A stretch of DNA of 64,000 nt from the NCBI GenBank assembly GCA_965113315.1, contig OZ220363.1, one strand, 5' to 3'. The notes beneath the pieces were generated by a model that saw only the letters and a list, made by a program, of their open reading frames with translations, was not told where the DNA came from and did not search any database. The position numbers and the translations under genes were made by a program. Positions 49,735-57,852 of this stretch are shown here, in pieces. The stretch is from Podarcis vaucheri. Its lineage: Eukaryota. Position 1 is the first letter of the stretch; each line of letters opens with the position of its first letter.

Positions 49735-51340
49735 TGTTCTTTCCTCTTTAGCTTATACCCCAGTTAAGTTACAGCCATTGTTGTCATGGTTACAATTATA
49801 CCCTCTTCAGGAAGCAGCGTCTTATTTGCGTGATGGTTTCTCTCTGGGCTTTCGAATCCCAGTGGCGTCAACTCCAGTAGCTAGGAACCCTTCAAACCAG
49901 AAGTCGGTGAGGGAAATGCCTGAAGTCGCGCGTAGGAAGATTGGGAAAGAACTGGCTTTACGACGTATGGCCGGCCCCTTTGCTGAGCCCCCCTTTCCCA
50001 ATCTTCATATTTCACCCTTAGGTATAGTTCCTAAAAAAGCTCCAGGGGAATTTCGCCTGATTCACAACCTTTCTCACCCTAGGGGCACATCAGTAAATGA
50101 TGTTATTCCCCCGGAGCTTTGTTCTGTGAAGTATGCTTCGCTTGATCAAGCGATCAAAATGATAAGGAAATTTGGGCAGGGTGCCCTGCTGGCCAAATGT
50201 GACATTGAGTCTGCATTTCGGTTGCTTCCAATTCATCCAGACGACTTCTGGCTGCTGGGATTTCAGTTTGATGGGGAATTTTATTTTGACAAGGCCATGC
50301 CCATGGGCTGCTCAGTAGCCTGTGCCGCCTTTGAGTGTTTTAGTTCCTTTCTGGACTGGGCCCTACGCAAAAGAACTGGTTTGGGCGGGGTCACTCATTA
50401 TCTCGATGATTATTTATTGGCCTCAGCTAGTGATACGGGAGACTGTGTGGTGTTGCTGCAGGCCTTCGCGGCCTTAACTGAGGAACTGGGCGTACCGTTA
50501 GCCGCTGAGAAGACTGAAGGTCCTTCTACGCAGCTGACTTATCTGGGTATTCTGTTGGATACGGTGGCGCAAACTTCTAGTTTGCCGGCAGATAAGATTC
50601 TCGCGCTGAGAGGTGTTATTTCTGACCTCATTCCCTTAAAAAAGGTTACTCTGCGACAACTGCAGTCGTTGCTGGGCCACCTAAATTTTGCTTGCAGGGT
50701 GATTGCTCCGGGGCGGCCTTTCTGTTCCCGTCTGGCCAGACTTATGTCTGGTTTGCGGTCCCCGAGGCATAGAGTGCGCTTGTCAGCCCAAGTGCGTGCT
50801 GATCTTCGTATTTGGTTGGAATTCCTGGAGGAATTCAACGGCGTGTCGCTTTGGCAGGACACCCTGAACCTGTGTAATGATTTTCAGGTGCACTCTGATG
50901 CTGCAGGGTCACTGGGCTTCGGTTTGTATTGGGATGGCAGGTGGTGTGCCGAACGTTGGCCTCTGGCTTGGCGTGGGGAAGCTATAACTCGGGACTTAAC
51001 TTTTCTTGAGTTTTTCCCTATTGTAGTGGCTGTCCATTTGTGGGTCGAGCATTTCAGGGACCGGCGCGTATGTTTTTGGACAGATAACCTGGCGGTGGTG
51101 AACGTGCTGGCCAAGCAGTCTTCACGATCACCTAGGGTATCAGCACTGCTGAGGGTTTTCGTTTTGCATTGCTTGCGCCTTAATATTGTATTTTCCGCTC
51201 GTTTTGTGCCTGGAGTATCTAACGAGATTGCTGATGCTCTGTCCCGTTTTCAGATGGAGCGATTCAGGTCCCTGGCGCCAGTGGCTCGAGACCGTCCGGA
51301 ATTTTTCCCGGATCATCTCTGGAACCTTGGCAGCACTTAG
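49514..51340 (+). CDS. pol: Ngaro reverse transcriptase / RNase H
   Basis: SPLGIVPKK, FRLIHNLS, KCDIESAFRLLP, MPMG, HYLDD; RNase H residues SDA, LEFFP, TDN, ADALSR. Overlaps gag by 221 nt. Confidence 0.96.
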   Translation: MCQLKLVVSSFVGTLTRVPVSASSADIPIVVRSVQGTTRHLLVRGCDGPFEKEGALSSPQRPPPRLQSPEQENSVLSSLAYTPVKLQPLLSWLQLYPLQEAASYLRDGFSLGFRIPVASTPVARNPSNQKSVREMPEVARRKIGKELALRRMAGPFAEPPFPNLHISPLGIVPKKAPGEFRLIHNLSHPRGTSVNDVIPPELCSVKYASLDQAIKMIRKFGQGALLAKCDIESAFRLLPIHPDDFWLLGFQFDGEFYFDKAMPMGCSVACAAFECFSSFLDWALRKRTGLGGVTHYLDDYLLASASDTGDCVVLLQAFAALTEELGVPLAAEKTEGPSTQLTYLGILLDTVAQTSSLPADKILALRGVISDLIPLKKVTLRQLQSLLGHLNFACRVIAPGRPFCSRLARLMSGLRSPRHRVRLSAQVRADLRIWLEFLEEFNGVSLWQDTLNLCNDFQVHSDAAGSLGFGLYWDGRWCAERWPLAWRGEAITRDLTFLEFFPIVVAVHLWVEHFRDRRVCFWTDNLAVVNVLAKQSSRSPRVSALLRVFVLHCLRLNIVFSARFVPGVSNEIADALSRFQMERFRSLAPVARDRPEFFPDHLWNLGST

Positions 51341-52227
51341 TTTTACAGGGAGTAGCTGCATCTATTGCCCCCTCCACATTGCGGTCCTATAAGAAGGCTT
51401 GGACCGATTTTTTGCATTTTACTGGGCGGTCAGTGGGAGGGGAAGTGCACACACCTCATTCTACCACACAAGTGCTCAAATATTTGGCGCATCTATTTCA
51501 GATGCGGCGGGCAGCTAGGACTCTGAGGTTGCATTCAGCTGCAATTTCCTTCTTTAGCAAGGTCTATTTTAATAATGATCCTTGTGGGAAGTTCGTTGTG
51601 CGCAAGGCTTTGGAGGGTTGGGGGCGTCTCAGCCCGTCCAGACCAGCTACAAGGAGGCCTATAACGTTTGGTTTGTTGACCGAGATGCAAGGTAAATTGA
51701 AGGGCATCTGTTGGTCCAGGTTTGAGGCTCGGTTGTTTTCCGCAGCCTATTCGCTAGCCTTTTTTGGGGCCCTGAGAGTTGGGGAGGTGGTGTTTGAACC
51801 TAAACAGGATGGTGGTTCCAGAGGCTTGTTGCTGCAGGACGTGAGCCTGTCTCAGTCGGAACTGCAGGTCCATGTCAGGAGTTCCAAAACTGATCAACTG
51901 GGTAGGGGAGCGGTTATTCGGCTCCCAGCAACTGGGATGGGGGGCCCTTGCCCAGTTAAGGATCTCCAGAAATATATGGCTTTGCGACCTCCCGGAAGTG
52001 GGCCCCTGTTCATTCATGAAGATGGGCGGCCATTGGCGCGCCATCAGTTCGCCGGTGTCTTGCGCAAAGTCGTGGCTGCCTGTGGCCATGCAGCCTCTGA
52101 ATTTGCTCCTCATTCCTTCAGGATTGGGGCTGCAACGACAGCTGCCCATTGGGGCTTGTCGGTTAAAAGGATAAAAGACCTGGGCCGTTGGAAGTCGGGC
52201 GCATACAGGGGTTATGTGCGGAAATAA
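51235..52227 (+). CDS. Ngaro tyrosine recombinase (frame open from 51235; no ATG before the conserved N-terminal region)
   Basis: Catalytic set R (GALRVGE), K (SSKTDQ), HxxR (HSFRIG), W (GRWKS), Y (YRGYVR); N-terminal APSTLRSYKKAW. Confidence 0.95.
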   Translation, partial: CSVPFSDGAIQVPGASGSRPSGIFPGSSLEPWQHLVLQGVAASIAPSTLRSYKKAWTDFLHFTGRSVGGEVHTPHSTTQVLKYLAHLFQMRRAARTLRLHSAAISFFSKVYFNNDPCGKFVVRKALEGWGRLSPSRPATRRPITFGLLTEMQGKLKGICWSRFEARLFSAAYSLAFFGALRVGEVVFEPKQDGGSRGLLLQDVSLSQSELQVHVRSSKTDQLGRGAVIRLPATGMGGPCPVKDLQKYMALRPPGSGPLFIHEDGRPLARHQFAGVLRKVVAACGHAASEFAPHSFRIGAATTAAHWGLSVKRIKDLGRWKSGAYRGYVRK

Positions 52228-52841
52228 TGTTGATTTCATGTACTCACATCTGTTGTTTTACCCTAGGTCTCCCCACTATCAGGGTCTGGATAGTGGGGCA
52301 CAGTATTGTGCATTGGGCGGCTTGCAGAGCTCGGCAATCCGAATTGGGAGCTGGCCTTGGCTTTCCTCAGCACGTACAAGTGTCCTGGATCTCCAGAAGG
52401 GGGATGCTGTGGAAGGAATTCTTACCACTCATGCAGAGACGGGTTCTGCTGGAGGGCCCCCCAACAGCGATTGTGGTGCAGCTTGGGGAAAATGATATGG
52501 TTTCCTCTTCTTGTTATGTTTTACGTGCTATTATTTTGCAGGATTTGAGGGACTTGGCGGCCTTGGTACCCGCTACTAAGATAATTTGGTCCCAGTTGCT
52601 TCAGCGTTGCATCTGGAGGGGTAGTCCCTGCCCTGTGGCCACCGAAAGGGTGCGAAAGCGTATCAATTCAGCTGCGAGCAAACTGGTGTTTGATATGGGT
52701 GGGCTTGTGATTCCCCACCCAGATATTAATGTTAAAGCCACTGATTGCTACAGGTTGGATGGGGTTCATCTTACCTCAGTTGGGAATGATGTATGGTTGA
52801 GGTCAGTGGTGGCTATGTTGAGGGTGTGTTTAAGCTTGTGA
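52227..52841 (+). CDS. SGNH/GDSL-family hydrolase (esterase-like) accessory ORF
   Basis: Block I VWIVGHSIV, block II RRG, block III QLGENDM, block V DGVHL. The ATG at 52227 overlaps the recombinase stop (TAATG). Confidence 0.88.
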   Translation: MLISCTHICCFTLGLPTIRVWIVGHSIVHWAACRARQSELGAGLGFPQHVQVSWISRRGMLWKEFLPLMQRRVLLEGPPTAIVVQLGENDMVSSSCYVLRAIILQDLRDLAALVPATKIIWSQLLQRCIWRGSPCPVATERVRKRINSAASKLVFDMGGLVIPHPDINVKATDCYRLDGVHLTSVGNDVWLRSVVAMLRVCLSL

Positions 52842-52870
52842 GTGGTTGGCGGCGAGCGTAAGGGCTCGGG

Positions 52871-53300
52871 TGGCGGTTAGGCATTGGTTTAAATTGGTTG
52901 GTGGAGGGGTATGGATTGGCTGTGCCTGCCCCTCAGGTGATGCTGCTGCACGGGAATTCCGTTAAAGGAATTCAGGGGCTTACCATCCTTTCGTCCAAAC
53001 CCCTGGAATCGGGTTTGGGCCGCGTAAGCCCCTAGGAGCATGTGGGGAGAAGCTGAGGGTCTGTGTCGCAGCTCCAGTTATCCCCGAACTTGTTCCTCCA
53101 CACTGGCTTCCGCTGGAATCCGGAAGTCAGTACTGTCCCCATGGCGGGGGGACAGATAGTCTTAACCAATGCCTAAGCAACCACTCACAATTATGTATGA
53201 TAATAAAGTTGTGGCCAAAATTATGCCAAAAACCTTAAACAAAAATTATGTGTGAAGTGTGAGTTATTGGGGTAGGGGTGTTTTGGGGGACCTCAGCACG
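52871..53300 (+). repeat. Split direct repeat B1 (430 bp); copies B2 53686-54115 and B3 54501-54930
   Basis: TGGCGGTTAGGCATTGG...CCTCAGCACG three times. B3 differs by C>T at 54751. Confidence 0.97.
53202..53207 (+). terminator. Polyadenylation signal AATAAA in repeat B (also 54017 and 54832)
   Basis: AATAAA followed by a GT-rich downstream element (TGTGTGAAGTGTGAGTT). Confidence 0.6.
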
Positions 53301-53518
53301 CAAAGCGTGTTCTCACTAAGGGAGAGCACGTGTTGCGGCTGGGGCCAGGCAAAGCACCCTTTAGTTGCCAGGCAGAATTGTTGGAAGGGGCCTGGCCAGG
53401 ATTGGTGTTGGCGTTGCTGGGGCAAATAGTATGTTGCCAATTTGGGGGTGGAGATCAGAGGATATTTAAGCAAGGCCCACAGAGAGTTGCTTTCTCTTTC
53501 ACTGTGGGCATCGGATCA

Positions 53519-53685
53519 CCCGCCCGCCCTCCCTTGTTTGGGCTTTCGCTTTGACCTTGCTATTGCCTGTCATGGGGTCGTTCGCCTTGGTGCGGGGGCC
53601 CGGTAGGAATTTTGCCATTTGGCTGATTAGTGTGTGCCACTTGGTTTTTGCCTACCGCGTAGCAAATCGTCACAACTTGTAAGGT
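53519..53685 (+). repeat. Spacer C1 (167 bp) between A and B; copy C2 54334-54500
   Basis: Identical by eye; not present at the 5' end of the element. Confidence 0.95.
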
Positions 53686-54930
53686 TGGCGGTTAGGCATT
53701 GGTTTAAATTGGTTGGTGGAGGGGTATGGATTGGCTGTGCCTGCCCCTCAGGTGATGCTGCTGCACGGGAATTCCGTTAAAGGAATTCAGGGGCTTACCA
53801 TCCTTTCGTCCAAACCCCTGGAATCGGGTTTGGGCCGCGTAAGCCCCTAGGAGCATGTGGGGAGAAGCTGAGGGTCTGTGTCGCAGCTCCAGTTATCCCC
53901 GAACTTGTTCCTCCACACTGGCTTCCGCTGGAATCCGGAAGTCAGTACTGTCCCCATGGCGGGGGGACAGATAGTCTTAACCAATGCCTAAGCAACCACT
54001 CACAATTATGTATGATAATAAAGTTGTGGCCAAAATTATGCCAAAAACCTTAAACAAAAATTATGTGTGAAGTGTGAGTTATTGGGGTAGGGGTGTTTTG
54101 GGGGACCTCAGCACGCAAAGCGTGTTCTCACTAAGGGAGAGCACGTGTTGCGGCTGGGGCCAGGCAAAGCACCCTTTAGTTGCCAGGCAGAATTGTTGGA
54201 AGGGGCCTGGCCAGGATTGGTGTTGGCGTTGCTGGGGCAAATAGTATGTTGCCAATTTGGGGGTGGAGATCAGAGGATATTTAAGCAAGGCCCACAGAGA
54301 GTTGCTTTCTCTTTCACTGTGGGCATCGGATCACCCGCCCGCCCTCCCTTGTTTGGGCTTTCGCTTTGACCTTGCTATTGCCTGTCATGGGGTCGTTCGC
54401 CTTGGTGCGGGGGCCCGGTAGGAATTTTGCCATTTGGCTGATTAGTGTGTGCCACTTGGTTTTTGCCTACCGCGTAGCAAATCGTCACAACTTGTAAGGT
54501 TGGCGGTTAGGCATTGGTTTAAATTGGTTGGTGGAGGGGTATGGATTGGCTGTGCCTGCCCCTCAGGTGATGCTGCTGCACGGGAATTCCGTTAAAGGAA
54601 TTCAGGGGCTTACCATCCTTTCGTCCAAACCCCTGGAATCGGGTTTGGGCCGCGTAAGCCCCTAGGAGCATGTGGGGAGAAGCTGAGGGTCTGTGTCGCA
54701 GCTCCAGTTATCCCCGAACTTGTTCCTCCACACTGGCTTCCGCTGGAATCTGGAAGTCAGTACTGTCCCCATGGCGGGGGGACAGATAGTCTTAACCAAT
54801 GCCTAAGCAACCACTCACAATTATGTATGATAATAAAGTTGTGGCCAAAATTATGCCAAAAACCTTAAACAAAAATTATGTGTGAAGTGTGAGTTATTGG
54901 GGTAGGGGTGTTTTGGGGGACCTCAGCACG

Positions 54931-54955
54931 CAAACAAACAAACAAACAAACAAAC
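54931..54955. repeat. (CAAA)n microsatellite, the Ngaro target site
   Basis: Directly abuts B3; the left junction reads TTTAAA-CAAA-GCG. Confidence 0.9.
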
Positions 54956-56963
54956 TTTGAACTGGGCCCAGAAACTAATCAGCTTCCAATGCAGTCAGGC
55001 CAGGATCAGTGTAATAAGCTCAAACTATCTTGCCCCAATGAGCACCCTGGTTGCCAAATTCTGCACCAGCTGAAGTTTCCAACCATCTTTAGAGGCACCC
55101 TCGCGTATAAAATAGTGCAATAATATAACCTGGAGATTACCAGAGCATGGCTGACAAAAGTTAGGTTATCCCTGCCTTTTCTGTACTGAGCTTCAGTTTA
55201 TTGGTTCTCATCCAGTAAACCTGTGGATTTGTTAGTTTCCTCAGTCCAGGAAGTGGCAAGTTAGGGCTTCTGCAGTAGTATGGATTTTGTAGGATGGCTA
55301 ACTTTTGGTTCACGTATTGCTTCAGAAAGTACAAATTAGGTAATTAGTCTTTAAATGCAAACTGAAGCACATCTCTCCCCCATCCCTACTCTTTAGGTTC
55401 AAAGATTTGAGGCAATGTGTGCAGACAGTATTCTCTCTTATTGCTTGGTGAGAAATTCATTTAAACCTTCTTCCATTGTTTGTAGCCCATGAGGGAAGCC
55501 ACAGCAAGGATGGATATCACACAGCTAGTTAACCTAGCTTCTTATTTTATTTATTTGCTTTTCTGTTTTATATTATCATCAATGCATAGTATGTTATGGT
55601 TAACCTATCATAACAACATCGAAAAAGCCCTGTTGGATAAAAAGTGAATTTCCAAAGTGCACGCGTCCATTTCCTCCACATTGCCATGCTGAACCAGTCA
55701 AGGATGAAGTGAGACCACACAATGCATTTGGTGGAGATGCAGGATGTAACCATTGTTTATCAAGATTATTTGAGGGAACAAGAAAAAAGAGGTTGACGGC
55801 TGTTAATTCATGGGTCACAGAACAAAGATAGTGCTGGTATATCCCTAGTTCAATTTATGTTGTCCAATATATGGAAGCAGAAACTTTCCCAACCAAATAG
55901 ATATTTTATATGATCCTGAAGCATGGCACCTAAAATTAGAACTCCTGTGACTGATAGTTCCAGTATGACAGTCTCTTCATAGATCTGCCCCCCACCCCCA
56001 AATAATATTGATGAGTTTTGTGTTTTGCTTGTGGGTTTTAATTTCCTTGGCTGGTTGGTTATGGAGGGCAGGGGGCATTTTTTTCACAGGAACTATTCAA
56101 GCCTTCTGGGCTGCTGGTGTCTGATGCTAGTATCCGCTATATAGAGACCTCCCATTTTCAAAAGAAATCCACAGAGATTCCTGAACTTGAGCACTGCTAT
56201 CAAAAAGAACAGTCCTTCCTGCAGGTTTTCATTTCAAAATAGTTGCTTACAGCCTTAATTTAAACTTGAGTAACAAATGTGAGGTTCCTTCCCCCATCCC
56301 AAGAGACACATAGTTCACATAAGTGAAAAAGTAGAAAATTCATCTCTCTCTCATTCCACCCCCACCCCCTCTGCAGCCAGCCACTGCTGGTGCTTCAATA
56401 GTGATAAAGGGAGGGGGGCTGTCATGAGATGGATTGAGGGAGGCTTTGGGACTGAATGATCCAGTGTCTACCCATTCCCATAAAACACTCCCACAAGGGA
56501 GGCAGAATATGTCGGGATTCATGCCTGCCTTCAGGAGAAACTGGCCACTCTCCAGGCACCCGGCTTGAATCACCGGTTGACCTCCCTGTCTACATTCCCG
56601 GCAAGATCCAGGCAAGGTCGCGATCGGCGATCCTCCCCAGCGTGAAGAGGACACACCACTCTTTTCTGCCCCTAGGCAGGGGAAAGAGATAGACAGAAAC
56701 GTATTTACATGTCTTTATTTCTGTCTTTGCAGCATTACAGAGAAACACGTCTGCTCTCTTCAGACTCCAACAGCAGAGAGACACAAACTCCACCTACTGT
56801 ACATCCTGCACAGCTCATATTACACTGTGAGCTAATTCTGGTGCTTCGCACTGTGAAAAGACTGCCCCTTTGTTTCCCACGGAACAGTACCCAACATTCT
56901 TATTATGTTTTGCTTCCAAGCTAGCAGCTGGCAGCCGCATTGCTTCTTTTCCGTAACAGAATA

Positions 56964-57194
56964 CAGTGGTGCCTCGCAAGACGAAATTAATTCGTTCCGC
57001 GAGTTTTGCCGTCTAGCGAATTTTTCGTCTTGCGAAGCACGGTTTTAACGGTTTAACAAAGTCGCGAAAAGTTTTCGTCTTGCGAAGCAAGCCCATAGGG
57101 GAATTCGTCTTGCGATGCAAATCGAAAACGAAAAAACCTTTCGTCTAGCGAGTTTTTTTGTCTTGCGAGGCATTCGTCTTGCGAGGTACCACTG
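56964..57194. mobile_element. Tc1/mariner-type MITE, family 1
   Basis: TA-CAGTGGTGCCTCGCAAGACGAA...TTCGTCTTGCGAGGTACCACTG-TA. Confidence 0.9.
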
Positions 57195-57211
57195 TATACC
57201 AAAGGCTTGTA

Positions 57212-57437
57212 CAATGGTACCTCAGGTTACATACACTCCAGGTTACAGACTCCGCTAACCCAGAAATAGTACCTCGGGTTAAAAACTTTGCTTCAGGATG
57301 AGAACAGAAATCATGTTCCGGCAGCGCGGTGGCAGCAGGAGGCCCCATTAGCTAAAGTAGTGCTTCAGGTTATGAACAGTCTCAGATTAAGAACAGACCT
57401 CCGGAACGAATTAAGGACTTAACCCGAGGTACCACTG
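57212..57437. mobile_element. Tc1/mariner-type MITE, family 2 (reverse orientation)
   Basis: TA-CAATGGTACCTC...GAGGTACCACTG-TA. Confidence 0.88.
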
Positions 57438-57669
57438 TATACTTATTCACCACCTCCTATCCTGTGCAACCCAGCAGGCTATAGGAAGTGGTGGTACCTG
57501 CACTCAGCTCTGCCCAATGCCCACCTTAGAATTGCTTTGTCAGAGAGCTGAAGCAGTTATTGAGAATATGCAGAAGTTAAAGCCCACAGTTGTCTTTGAG
57601 GGGTTTTGCAGGGCAGGCACAGTTTAAATTTTACAACTTTCTGCTTTCCTCTTTTAGTTGACGTCTAAG

Positions 57670-57852
57670 GGACATAGGAAACTACGTTATGCCAAATCAG
57701 GTGATTGGTTCATCAGACTCAATGCTGTTGACACTGTCTGACAGCCATACTGTGATTTCAAACAAGGGACATTCCCAATTCAATCTAGGAATGCTGGGGG
57801 TCGGTTCTGGGACCTTCGGCAAGCAAAGCAGATGCTCTACAACTGAGCTATG
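57670..57852 (-). mobile_element. Old tRNA-derived squamate SINE (Squam3-like)
   Basis: Minus strand begins CCATAGCTCAGTTGTAGAGCATCTGCTTTGC (A-box) and ends in TTCCTATGTCC. Confidence 0.6.

Larger units (their letters stand above)
46715..54930 (+). mobile_element. Ngaro-group (DIRS order) tyrosine-recombinase retrotransposon, full length and apparently intact
   Basis: Gag, RT/RNase H, tyrosine recombinase and SGNH ORFs on one strand. Split direct repeats; no integrase and no conventional TSD. Repeats identical by eye except one base. Confidence 0.96.

Noticed and set aside
53264-54369. Repeated short ORFs (MLKYPLIS..., MLRLGPGK...) in three places
   Set aside because: They only reflect copies of repeat A; non-ATG starts and no motif.
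52871-54930. Repeat/spacer pattern as a CRISPR-like array or conventional LTR pair
   Set aside because: Units are hundreds of bp with identical spacers; no TG...CA ends, PBS or integrase. It fits Ngaro split direct repeats.
56340-56700. CpG-enriched patch with short ORFs on both strands
   Set aside because: Could be an exon or enhancer, but no frame gave a recognisable peptide or a clear donor/acceptor pair.
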